From Hemiscyllium ocellatum (lineage: Eukaryota), in assembly GCF_020745735.1 (NCBI RefSeq), contig NC_083409.1:36414048-36478047 (forward strand): a DNA stretch of 64,000 nucleotides. The letters are read 5' to 3'. The notes under the pieces were generated by a model. That model searched no databases, had not been told where the DNA came from, and was given only the letters and a program-made list of their open reading frames with translations. How positions within the stretch are numbered: position 1 is the stretch's first letter; every line of letters begins with the position of its first letter. Made by a program: the position numbers and the translations under genes. This document shows positions 39,190 through 51,153 of this stretch, one piece after another.

Positions 39190-40912
39190 TGGTGAGAGAG
39201 CTTTAGCACAGTGTTTAAGGTGGTACCATAAGTTTCGCCCTTCCACTTGGGTGGCGATAGGTAATGCCTTAGTCACTACGAAAGGTCCCTCTCTCCTCTG
39301 CTCATTCCGATGTCTTTGAAAAACCCACACGTACACCCAATCCCCGAGCTTAATAGGTCCTTCCACGTTGACAGGTGTCGATTCCCTTTGTGTTTCCTGC
39401 AGGTGGATAGTCTCATGTATCATAGATAGCTGCTGCATATATTGTTTAAGTTCTAAGCTTAACCGCTCCAAGCTAGGGCCTTTGTATGGGCCTCTCCACT
39501 GGCACAGGTCTACCTGTGAGCATCTCATGCGGTGTAAGATTGGTCATGCAATTAGTCTGCATGCAATAACTCATTAATGCCAGCAGTAGCGCATCAACCC
39601 AATTAAGGCTGGTGCTTGTGCAGATCTTGTTTAATTTGACTTTCAATATCCTATTAATTCTTTCCACCATACCCTGTGACTGGGAATGATACATGCACCC
39701 AAACCTCTGCTTGATTCTCAAACACTGCAACACCAATTTAGTTACTTCCTGAATGAAGGCAGACCCATTGTTTGATCTAATTTCCGACGATATACCAAAC
39801 CCTGGGATAACTTCATTTGTCAGAAATGTCACGACTGTCCCAGCTCCTGGTTTCAACCTTATTTCCACTGGGCTAGCTGATTTCACTCTCCCCACATCTG
39901 TATCGTGCTGTGACCACAAAGTGGCTGATAATGCATCCAATTGCTCATTACTATATTGATCATCTTCCTCCACTGTCAGTGGCACGCTCCACTGGGGTGT
40001 TACCTTGACTTCCTTTGGATTCCTTGTCAATTTGCAGCAGGCTGGGATTTTAATACAGCTGCTATCCCTGGATTCCCAAACCCCTGTCGTGAGCATATGT
40101 CATTCCCTAACTGTTTCTACATGCATGGCCATAGGTCCTACGTATTCAGATTGATATCCCTTATTTACCAGTAAGGTTACATGTGGTGCAGTGCCTGGTA
40201 CTCTATACCACTTTTCCAGGAACACATTTCTCTCTATTTGCAGGATCACTCCCTGCTTCCCTAATACTATTGCTTCACTTCTCAAATGTTGTGGAGCAGT
40301 GACTTCCTGCTGCCACTGCCTCTCAAATACCTCATCCTGAGACTCATCAAATATCACTGTACAGTGCCGCTCAGACTTAGGTGGTCTTGCTTTAGTCAAC
40401 ATCGTCAACACTTCTGCTTCCCACATTTCCCAAATATCTTGATTATCACTTGCTATATCCCCTAGCCAATAAACATTAACATCTTTAACTTCTTGCATCA
40501 CCAATTTTGTATTGGCCTTTTCTATGACCAAGCCCTGCTGTGTACACTCCAATCTTACCTCTAACTGTAGTAAAGCATCCCTACCTAATAAGTTAATTGG
40601 CATCTCTTTAGACACTAATATTGACAGAAATCTAATCTAATCTAAAACTATCTCCCTACCCATTGATGATCTTACTGGAGCTGTAAATTGAGTTAACTGT
40701 GATTTCCCTGAGAACCCTACAGTTTTAACAAATTTGCTTGACATGGGAAGGTGAGAGGCATACCGCCGCTGTATACAAGTGTATATAGCTTCAGTATCTA
40801 TCATCACCGCTATCTGTTGCCCTTGTATATTAACTTGTAATACTGTTTTTTGATCAGCCTCCCATGCTACTACAGGGTAGTGCCCCTTCCCACCCAGGTT
40901 CTCAGGGAATTC
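39190..40912 (-). pseudogene. pol: ERV pro-pol: protease, 2H-like domain, RT N-terminal stub fused to integrase core and C-terminus
   Basis: VMIDTEA (DTG decayed) and PINLLGRD protease motifs; HCTV/HVTL; LWSQHDTDVG..LKPGA; IPGFGISSEIRSNNGSAF, QSQGMVERIN, GDWVYV, EGPF integrase motifs. Confidence 0.92.
40100..40480 (-). other. 2H phosphoesterase (CNPase/LigT-like) domain within pol
   Basis: Two HxT+hydrophobic motifs 61 aa apart: HCTV (40355-40366) and PHVTL (His codon 40181-40183), followed by a G..S..VG.M segment. Confidence 0.75.
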
Positions 40913-42847
40913 CTAGCACATCCCATATGGATTAACAGGTCCTGCTGGGCCTGTAAGTGCCGTCTAGGCCCGCTGTAGGACAGAGGGGGCCTGGTCCAAT
41001 AAGGGCAATTCCTCCTAAAGTGGCCTGATTGATGGTATCCCCAGCACATCATTTCTGATCCCCCTTGAACCTGATTATTTATATGTACCTTAGTCCCCCA
41101 TTCCTACGTCCCTGTCCTTGGGAACCCCAGTTCTGTTTAGGCTGTTGTTTAAATCTGCTCTGTCCTGGATACATCACCCGCGGGAAAGCTTCTCTAAAAA
41201 CCCCCATTGCTGGCATGGGACTTTCTGGCCCCTGTCTGGCTACCTGATAGGACCCACCTTGCGCTGGCACTTGGTTCACGCCAGTGTTGATTACTGTGTC
41301 AGTTCTTACTTGCAACACCTTTTTAGCCTTCTCTTTTTCTTTCTTTTTAAGCTCTTCGAGCTGCATTTGTACCAGCTTCCTTTGCACCTCCTCCTGCTGT
41401 TCAGACAGTTTCTCTTTGTCTTTTCGAAACCTTACAGCTGCATGATCTCGAAATTCTCTAAATAGCTCATTGATAATGTCAGACCCACCACTTCCTCCAG
41501 TCTTGACCTGACTTGGGAGGGTATTGCCTCAATAATGGAATTTCGGAATATTGTGGTCAGCAGCTGATTAGTGTCTATGTCATGCTCTATTTCCAGCCTC
41601 CATTTTTTAAACTCCAAGTAGGCAGCCAGATTTTCACTTTCGCCCAGTGGATCCCCTCTCAGAACCTGGGGGTCCATTTTGGTTCTCTTAAAGCCTGCCG
41701 TACATTCAGTCTCACTCGATCAAACCCGACCCCATCAATCATTGGATTGCCTGCCACATTTTTCAAACCGGTTCGGACCATTATTTCCTTTAACCTCATG
41801 AGCCCTACCAACCTCACCAGCAGTGCCTTCAAGTCTCCTATAGCCAGCAATCGCCCTGTGGTTTCATCTTCAAAAGCCTTGATCCACTTTCCCCTCCCTC
41901 ACGTAAACTGGGCAGTGCATTCTTCCGCTCTTCCAGATCCTGAGTTTCCCAAGGAATGTATTGTGGGTTTTTCCCCTCTTTTATAAGGAGCGATAGCATC
42001 CTTCCCTGTTGGCCCTTTTTCCTTTTACTGACACTCCTCAATAATTCCCCCTCAGGCTCTGAGTTCGGTGCTATTTCTAATTCCTCCCATTCTTTAGGTA
42101 TTAAGACCTTTTTCTTTCCTGGTATCTTATCATCCCTTTCTGCTTGCTCTGTGTCACCTTCACTGCTTTTCTCTTCAGCCCTTCTTTTGTATTGCAATGA
42201 GTATTCCTCAATTGCTTTTTATTCCCTTAGCCCACACAGTACACTAATCCCATGTTTCAGCTTTTCTTGCTCTTGTTGAATAGTTTCTATTTGCTCTTGC
42301 CTGTCCCCTTTCTCTCTTTCTCTTCTTTCCCTCAGTTAATTTTTGTCTTCCGCACTTCCATCCCATTCGAACTGTCCCTCTATTTCTACTGTTCCCTTTA
42401 TTACTGGACACTGTTTCTCAATGCCTCTTCATTCAAGTAGGGAGGAGGTCTATTCAGCTCCTCCACATCTGGGTATAGAGGGAGGCTGATTCCTGCTTTT
42501 CTGTTTCCCGTTAACTGCTCAGCTTGTTCTTTGCAGCTTTCCTAGTCACCACAGGTGCCTGACAAGCTACCTTCAGTTCCTCACCCTCCTCCCTGAAAAG
42601 TTTCAATGTTTCCAACTCCTGATCCCTCTTTTGGTTTCTATTTTCAGATTTATCTTTCGGCCTATAGATCTTAATAATCATTCCATCTCATTGCACATAT
42701 ATATATATATCAAAGGTACCTTCTTTTGACCATTTAATCAATAAATCCAGAGTTCACTTTTCCCATTTGTCAGAAATTTTTACAATATCATTTCTTGCCA
42801 CTGGAAATTTCTTACTCAGTATCTCCAAGTGCAGTCCCTTTATCCAT
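40913..42847 (-). pseudogene. gag: ERV gag (frameshifted)
   Basis: Probable ATG at 42847; WSKEGTFD matrix-like motif; LYPD and PPPY (42437-42448) late domains; coiled coil; decayed knuckle CWGYHQSGHFRRNC; TAG at 40913-40915 in frame with the protease. Confidence 0.85.
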
Positions 42848-43494
42848 CCTAACATATATTTCAGTCCAGCTAATGTATTATCTTTGCTCTCATAAATCAC
42901 TTCTTCATACCATTCAAGTCCGGTAGGGCTTTGTCAACTGTATAAGCAATCCCTAACTTTATAACTTGCAATTGCCCCTTACCAATCTACCAATTCCTAA
43001 ACGTCCTCAATTGCAGCTAGTTAATACAAACAACCTATTCTCATTCATTCAGCCTAAACCAACCTAACACTGCACCTTCACTAAGGTTTCTTGAAAAATT
43101 TCTCTCTCAAAAAAAAACTGTCTTAAATTCTTATAGTACAAAATAAAATCAAAATACCCCAGGCTCTCAAGCTTCAGGGAAACAAAACACAAACATCTAA
43201 CCACCAACAAACAATTATGCACACAAATCAGATCACAATGGTTAAACTATAAAGTCATACACACACTCAGAGCCTAGCTGCAAACAGCCAGGAGCTCGGC
43301 TATAAATCTCTCTCTCTCTCACTCACTCACAGCCAGAGCCTTACTTAAACAGACCCTTTGTTCATTTCCAAAAGTCTAATTATCCTACAGGCTTTGTCTA
43401 AAACATTCAACAGTCTAGTAATACTTTAACACTATGACTATTCTCTGCTACTTTACGTTTAACCATCCACTACCAATCTGCCAGCTTTCTAAAC

Positions 43495-43590
43495 ATTCCT
43501 GAAGAAGGGCTCATGCCCAAAACGTCGATTCTCCTTCTCCTTGGATGCTGCCTGACCTGCTACGCTTTTCCAGCAACACATTTTCAGCTC
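43495..43590 (+). mobile_element. Short Penelope family C terminal fragment inserted in the ERV leader
   Basis: attcctgaagaagggctcatgcccaaaacgtcga...gatgctgcctgacctgc matches copies at 24175-24306, 36262-36386, 50674-50764 and 52678-52805. Confidence 0.8.
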
Positions 43591-44001
43591 GGCTTTCCAA
43601 ACAGGTCTATCAGCGCTTTCTGTAAAACAATTTCCCCTTATTTATTCTATCTATCAGGTCTTATATTCACCACATGTAATTTTACTCAGACAATTACTAC
43701 ATTCTATTCTTACTCACCCCTTACCCCACTGCATAGTTTTCTTGACCAATTCTCCACGTCTCCTTCAACTGCAATTTACCCCTCGCCTTTGGATATTGGA
43801 TCAGTGACACCCTCCGGCAGGTTCCCACACCTCCAAGTCCCCAAGGACTACTCCAAGCCTGCAGAATATAGTCTGAATTCACAGCAAAAATGCTAACCTT
43901 TTTTTGTTGGGTACCCTGATTCTGTCAGTCTCAGGAGTGCTCCCGGTGGACCGAGAAGCACCCTGTTACTGCCGCCCTCTGTCCAGGTGGGTCTCTTTTC
44001 C

Positions 44002-44019
44002 ACCCTGCTCGCAGTGCCA
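44002..44019 (-). promoter_or_regulatory. Primer-binding site, tRNA-Ser type
   Basis: TGGCACTGCGAGCAGGGT starts 4 nt past the 5' LTR; about 16/18 match to the complement of the vertebrate tRNA-Ser(UGA) 3' end, from memory. Confidence 0.8.
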
Positions 44020-44023
44020 AATT

Positions 44024-44686
44024 TATCATGGGGAAAATGTAGAGAATCGCCAGGAGACGCAGAGAGTTCTTCAAGAAGTAGATCATTTATTTGCAAACAA
44101 AAAACCGTGACGCTGAGAAAGCAGATTCCTGAATTCCCCCGAACCTATGAGTCCATGGATTTTTATAATTTTTTTATCATGTTTCTGTTAGCTTACCAGC
44201 ATATCCAACTATATTAATCGAAGTACCTCACTCCAGCTACACAATAAACCAGTGATGTTAATTTCCATTATCTCTTATATTCGACTTAATGTTATTCTAA
44301 TGTCAAGGTTAGATATTTATTATCACCTCTGCTGCAGTGATCTTCCATTCCAGACTAACCTGTCATGATAGATATTTAGCTATTCCATCGATTACAATAG
44401 TCTCCTGTCTCAAGCTGACTCTACTAACTATTAATTAGATATTTTAATGTCATGTCCCAAATACCTATGGTCCCAATCCTGTCATAATGACACTTAACAG
44501 GGAAATTAGCTCTACTAACTGTTATCTCATCTCACCATAGTGACCTTTCAGCCTTAACCTTACTCTGCTAATTGGCCTAAGAGCATTCCACTATTGTTAT
44601 CCCATCTTGCCTTCCACAGATCACAGATTGCCAGTGATCTTCATGCTTTAACCCTCCCCATGCTTTCATGCTCTTTATTTTCCTTA
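44024..44686 (-). repeat. ERV 5' LTR (663 bp)
   Basis: Direct repeat of 36592-37252; TATA at about 44160-44166; AATAAA at 44086-44091 (minus strand). Confidence 0.95.
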
Positions 44687-45239
44687 CCACCTAGGAGATA
44701 TTGGGAAAGATGACCAAAAGCTTGCTCTATTAAAGCTTTACAGAGTATCTTAAAGCACGAAAGTGAAAGTTTGGGAGAGAACAGAGTAGGCGTCATCAGT
44801 ACACAAACTGGTTTCCCAGGTCACAACATGTAGGTGGTTGATGTCAGTCATAGGCATGCTAGTACAAGTATTGCAGCAAACATCTGTAGAATGTGAAACT
44901 TTCAAATGACATGAACAACTTCCCACGAAGGTCAGGGCAGTCTGGAGTTTCACTTCAGTCCCTTGGGAATTTTCTGAAGCCAGCAATTACAGCAGAGAAC
45001 AGCTTTCTCACAGGCCTGCCTGACAACCAGGACAGTGTCCCAGAAAAAAGTGACCTCAACCTTCACACCCTTATTTGAGACTGTGCTCCTTCTTTCTAGA
45101 CAAGGGACATATCCTTCCTTTGCACACTCTGTTGATCCCTGTATGAATTTTGAATGTTTTAGTGAGATCATCTCTCATTCTTGCAAGCTCCAGAGAATAC
45201 AAGTAAATTTTAGACAGTTAGGGAAAGGAGACCACATAC

Positions 45240-45398
45240 AGAGAGAGACAGCCCGATTAAATATAAAGTTTGGGAAATTTGCTGGCAATGTAGGAAGTCT
45301 GTACACGGGAATGGAGCGTTTTTGGATTGCTTTCTTTTTGACTCGTAGTTCATCAGGGTTTTTAAAGGTTAATTGAAGCCCAGGATCAGGGGCCAGCA
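45240..45398 (-). CDS. Candidate internal exon (159 nt, phase 1-1) of the unidentified minus-strand gene
   Basis: ttatcactctag acceptor, GTATGT donor; open frame LAPDPGLQLTFKNPDELRVKKKAIQKRSIPVYRLPTLPANFPNFIFNRAVSL; unique sequence. Confidence 0.6.
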
Positions 45399-45559
45399 CT
45401 AGAGTGATAAACCTTAAGTTTATTGGTTTTTGATAGCTACTAGTTTGACTATCCATTATAGGTTACTTTCAGATTGAAGGTAAATTGGGGAAATATTTCC
45501 TGGCTACAAACCAAAAGACCAGTACGAATTTTTAAAAAAATAAGAACTGACTAAATAAG

Positions 45560-48500
45560 AAGTGAATAATTAAAATAGAGATGCTGGGCCAGGCGATGTA
45601 TTGTACCCACATGATGTGGGAGTTGGTGGGTTCCATTGTGGTTCAGAGTGACCATATCTATAGCAAGTGTTGGTTGCTTAGAGTTTATGAGCTAGAGTCT
45701 GAGCTTCGAACACTCCGACACATCAGGGAGCGGGAAAGTTACTGGGACATTATGTTTTGGGGTGCGGTCACACCCCTTAGATTAATTACCTCAAATCCAG
45801 TGAGTGGTCAGGGGCAGAATGGTGTGTCCATGAACGAGGTAAGTCGAGGAATCCCATGAGGTAGTGCTGAAGGATCCTTACCCCTTGACATTGCCTAGCA
45901 GGTTTGAGATTCTCACTGCCTGTGTGGATGAAAATGGGCACTGTAGGAAGGATGAACAAACTGGCCATAGCATCGTGGTACAGGGAGCCATTCAAGAGCG
46001 GAGGGAAAAGAGAAATGTAGTTGCGATCGGGAACAGTGGTCAGGGGAATGCACACTGTTCCCTGTGGCCAAGATTGAGAGGCGTGAAGGCTGTGTTGCCT
46101 GCCTGGTGCTTGGGATCAGGATACCTCATCTGGGCTACAGAGGAACTTGGAGTGGGTGGGGAAAGATTTAGTTATTCTCATCCACGTAGATGCTAATGGT
46201 AAATTAGAAAGAGGAATGAGGTTCTGCTTAGGGAATGCAAGCAGCTAGGGGCTAAACCAAGAAGCAGAACCAAAAAGTAATAATCATCAGGTTACTACCT
46301 GAGCTATGAGCAAATTGGCTTGGGGCCAACAACTTGGATAAGCAAGTAGCTCAGAGATTAGTGTGGGAGAAACGGGTTTGAATTCATGGTACCGGAGAAG
46401 GAGGGAGCCGTTCTAATGGGACCGGAGTCCTGATGAATTGCACAACTCGGGCAGTGGATAGGACTTTAAATAGCAGGGAGGGGTTCAGTTGTGTGGAACA
46501 TAATGGAAAGAGTTCACGCTAGGGAGGTCTCAGCTGAAGTTAAAGTTACCAGACCAGGACAGAGAGTTTGGAAAGGTTGAGAAATTTAACGTCAGGCACT
46601 GCAGAAAAGGGACGACAATGAGAAGGAGTCAATCAATGCAGGACTGAAGGTGTTGTACTTAAACACACATAGTATACAAAACAAGGTAAGTGAGCATGTA
46701 TCACAGATTGAAATTGGCAGGTACAATGGTGTGGGTATCAGAGAGAAATCGCTGCAAGGAAATGAGGGCTGGGAACTAAATATCCGTGGATACACATCCT
46801 ATCGAAAGGACAGGCAGATGCGCGGGGGTGGGGGGGTCAGGATGGCCTTTTTGGTACGAAATGAAATTAAAACAATAGCAAGAAGTGATATGAAGTTGAA
46901 AAGCTTAGAATCTGTGTGGGTAGAGTTGAGGTACCTCAAAGGATAAAAGACCATGACGGGAGTTGTGTACAGGCCTCCTAGCAGTAATCAGGATGTGGGG
47001 AAGAAAATAACTCAGGAGATGGAAAAGGCACGTAAGAAAGGCACTATTAGAATAATCATGGGGAACTTCAATATGTGGGTGACCTAGGAAAATCAGTTTG
47101 GTAGTGGATCTCAAGGAAAGGGATTCGTGAAATGTCTACGAGATGGATTTTTGGAGCATCTTGTGATGGAGCCCATTAGGGAACGTGCAATTCTCGAATT
47201 GGTGAAGTGTAATGAGGCAGACTTAATTAGGGAGCTGAAGGTGAATGAACCCATAGGGGGCAGTGACCATTCTATAATATGACATGAAGGCTGAGAGATA
47301 GAATCAGCTATAACAGTATTATAATTGAGTAAAGGTCACTATAAAGACATGAGGCAGGAGCTGACCAGAGTTGATTGGAGGTGAGCCTAGCAGGGAAGAC
47401 ATTAGAGCAGCAATGGTAAAGATTTCTGGGGGAGTTTGGGATCCACAGCAGAAATTCATCCAAAGGAAGAAAAAATCATTAATGGGTGGATGAGGCAACC
47501 ATGGCTGATAAGGGAAGTCAGGGACAGCATAAAAGCCAAAGAAAAAACATGAGAAAAATGTAGTAAAGGTGAGTGGGAAACCTTTCAAAACCAGCAGAGA
47601 ATAACTAAAAAAGCAATAAGGGAGGAGATGATGAAATATGAGAGTAAGTCAGCTGGTAATATAAAAGTAGATTGCATGAATTGTTTTTAGATATCTATTA
47701 AGTGAGAAGCAAGAGTGGACATTGGCCCATTTGAAAATGAGGTGGGAGAACAAGTAACAAAAAGCAAAGCAATGGCAGAGGAGCTAAATCGGCACTTTGC
47801 GTCAGTTGTCAAAGTGGAAGACATCAGCAGCGTATCAGATCTTCAGGAGAGTCAGGAGGCAGAGGTGAGTGTAGTTGGCATCACTAAGGAGAAACTGTTG
47901 GGGAAGCTGAAAAGTCTGAAGATGAATAAATCACTCAGAGCAGATGGACTACACACCAAAGTTCTGAAGGAAATTGCTGAGGAGATTGCAGGGGCATTGA
48001 TGGTGATCATTCAGGAATTGCTGGGATCAGGGAGGGCCCGAGAGGGCTGGAAAGTAGCTAATACAACACCCTCGTTTAAGAAGAGAGGGAGGCAGAAGAC
48101 CAGAAGCTATAGGCCAATTAGCCTGACTTCAGTCATCGGTAGAATTTGAGTCCATTATTAAGGGGGAGATTGCAGAGTACTTTGGAAGTGCATGGTAAAA
48201 TAGGGTGGAGTCAGCTGGCTTTGTCAAGAGGAGGTCATGCCTGACACATCTGTTAGAATTCGTTGGGAAGGTAATGAGCAAGTTAGACAAATGAGAGGTA
48301 GTAGATATGATTATTTGGATTTCCAGAAGGCATTAAACAAGGTACTGTGCAGAGACTCGGACCTGAAGACACAGCCTCAGAGTGAAGAAAAGGCCCTTTA
48401 GGACTGACTGAGGACTTTAGGGACAAATTACTGCAGATGGTAGGATCTGTACTGAAAATAACAAATGCTGGAGATCACATTGGGTCAGACGGCATCCATG

Positions 48501-48780
48501 AAAAGAGAGTAAGCTAACGTTTTGAGTCCAGATGACTCTTCATTTTAAAATGTTAGCTAGCTTGCTCTCTCTCCATGGATGCTGTCTGACCTGCTGCTGA
48601 GGAGGAATTTCTTCAGCCAGAGGGTGGTGAACTCGTTGCTGCAGAGGGCTGTGGAGATCAAGTAATTGAGTATACTTAAGGCAGAGGTAAATAGGTAAAG
48701 GAGTCAAGGGTTACAGGGAGAATAGAGGAGAAAGGTGTTGAGATACATATGTCATGATCGAATAGTGGAGCAGGTAGTGC
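45560..48780 (+). mobile_element. CR1 LINE with ORF1 (zinc finger + esterase-like) and ORF2, internally deleted near 48350
   Basis: ORF 45581-45859 YCTHMMWEL..YSKCWLL..ELESEL; SRFEIL, VVAIGNS; EN YLNTHSIQNK..YRKDR; YRPISLTS. Confidence 0.88.
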
Positions 48781-50109
48781 GCTAAATGTCCTAATTCTGC
48801 ACCTTATCTGATGGTCTCCATTTCCAGTCTATTTAATTTTTCTTCAAAAGGCAACCCCTTCATCCCAGAAATTAGTTTGGCGAGCTTTTATTCCACTCCT
48901 TCTATGGCAAGTTTAACTTATGTTGGATAAAGGGTTGAAACTAAACACAATGCTTTGAGCATAGTCTCTATGAGTGAAATGAGATTTCTTTATGTCTATC
49001 ATCACATTCTCTTCAACAAATCTTTCTAAGTGCTTGTTCTGCCTGCATGTTAACATTCAGTAAACCATAAACAGGGACACCCTAGTAGAAATGCTATGTG
49101 TTTGTTTCTCCTGTTGGAATTGATAACGTCCCCTTTCTCTATATTGTCCATCTGCCAAATTTTTACTCAGTCACCTAACTTCTCCGAATTCTCTTGAAGT
49201 GCCTGTATGCTCTTCGCAACACACCCTGCCAACTGATTTATTGTTCACCGCAAACTTGGAAATATTATATTTATTTCTTATATTTGAGTGGTCAGTACAA
49301 ATAATGAAGAGCTGACACATAAACACAAATGGTTCCAGCTCACACTGAGTCACAGCTGAGTGTAAAGTCTGTTTATAAATTTGTTTTGTATTTTTGAGAG
49401 TTGGGTTGAAATTTGAAAAGGACTGTTTCAAACAAAAACAAATACGGCACATTTGATAAACTTGACCTGACCCTGATTGTAAATGCTGTTTCCATTGCTG
49501 TTTATTTAAGCAGTGGGGGTAGTTGCTTCTGACAAACTGGAACCAATGCAAGTGTACAATAGGAAGTTCGGTCAGCAATGCATAGCTGATTGACAGCTGG
49601 TCACCACTTCACAGATCAATGAGAAAGGCCTTCTGTCTGCTAACATCAATGTGATTGGTTCTAAGGTAGCTGAATAGCTTGTGAGTATGATTGTTTGGTC
49701 GGAAGCCATCTGACCACCAGAAAAGACGATGCTGTTCTTCCCTCTACAGTGAAGAAACACCTCATGCCTGAAGGAAACCTGATTTATTTCCCTCCATTGG
49801 TTGCTATAAGCTGTGGCTTTTAACCAATTAGTCAGAGACTGCGTAATTGTTCAACCAGTCACCCTATGCTTCCTAAAAGCAAATTAAGGTACCTGACGGT
49901 CTTGACAAGCCAGAGGGATCAGTAAACTGTGTGGACAAAGTGAATTATTTGTCGCCTATAGACAACATCCAACAACATTTTCTGCCCCTTACTATTTAAT
50001 AGTCCCTCCCAAACTTATTCCAAACTACAGAGCTAAGGTCATCATCCCTCACGACTGCTCTAATTCCCTCTAATTAGCTGAACTATCTCACAAGCTTTAC
50101 CAAACTCCC

Positions 50110-51140
50110 TGTCATTGAGTCATAGAGATTTACAGCACGGAAACAGACCCTTCGGTCCAACACGTCCGTGGCGACCAGATATCCCAATTGAACCTTCTCT
50201 CACCTACCAGCACCCGGCCCATATCTCTCCAAACCCTTCCTATTCATAGACCCATCCAGATGCCTTTTAAATGTTGCAAATGTACCAGTCTCCAATACTT
50301 CCTCTGGCAACTCATTCCATGCATGTACCACCCTCTGTGTGAAAATGTTGCCCCTTAGATCCCTTCTAAATTTTTCCCCTCTCACCCTATACCTATGCCT
50401 TCTACTTCTGGACTCCCTCACCTCAGAGACCTTGTCTCTTTATCCTATCCATGTACCCTCATGATTTTATTAACTCTATCAAGCTACCCCTCAGCCTCCA
50501 ATACTCCAGGGCAAAAAACCCCAGCCTATTCAGCCTCTCCCTATAGCTCAACTCCTCCAACCCTAGCAACTTCCTTGTAAATCTTTTCTGAACCCTTTCA
50601 ACTTTCACAGCATTTTTCCTATAGCAGAGAGACCAAAATTGCACACAATATTCTAAAAGTGGCCTAACCAATGTCCTGATGAAGGGCTTTTGCCCGAAAC
50701 ATCGATTTCGCTGCTCGTTGGATGCTGCCTGAACTGCTGTGCTCTTCCAGCACCACTGATCCAGAATGTCCACAACAGGCAGCCACAACATGTCCTCCCA
50801 ACCCCGAGTATATTCAATACTCTGAACAATAAAGGAAAGCATAGCAAACACCTTTTTCACTATCCTATCTACCTGAGACTCCACTTTCATGGAATTATGA
50901 ACTTGCACTCCAAGGTCTCTTTGTTCAGCAACACTCCCCAGGACCCCACCATTAAGTGTATAAGTCCTGTCCTGATTTGCCTTTCCAAAATACAGCACCT
51001 CACATTTATCTAAAGTAAACTCCATCTGCCACTCCATGGTCCATTGGCCCAGCTGATCAAGATTACATTGTATTCTTAGGTAACCTTCTTTGCTGTCCAC
51101 TACACCTCAAAGTTTGGTGCCATCTGCAAACTTCCTACCT
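50110..51140 (-). mobile_element. CR1 LINE 3' portion carrying a small Penelope insertion (about 50674-50764)
   Basis: ORFs 50459-51100 and 50200-50421 with CR1 RT C-terminal motifs; the stretch VVDILDQWCW..QKPFI is foreign to CR1. Confidence 0.9.
50674..50710 (+). ncRNA. Minimal hammerhead ribozyme (PLE family C)
   Basis: uc-CUGAUGA-a-gggc(uuuu)gccc-GAAA-CAUC-ga; sister copies read GAAACGUU (54481) or AAAACGUC (43521), which implies an ancestral ACGU palindrome. Confidence 0.7.
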
Positions 51141-51153
51141 TAGTGTCTCATAC

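Larger units (their letters stand above)
36592..44686 (-). mobile_element. Class I (gamma/epsilon-like) endogenous retrovirus, defective provirus of about 8.1 kb
   Basis: Paired LTRs; 4-bp TSD CCAC (36588-36591, 44687-44690); PBS; PPT; gag-TAG-pro-pol-env order. Confidence 0.95.
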
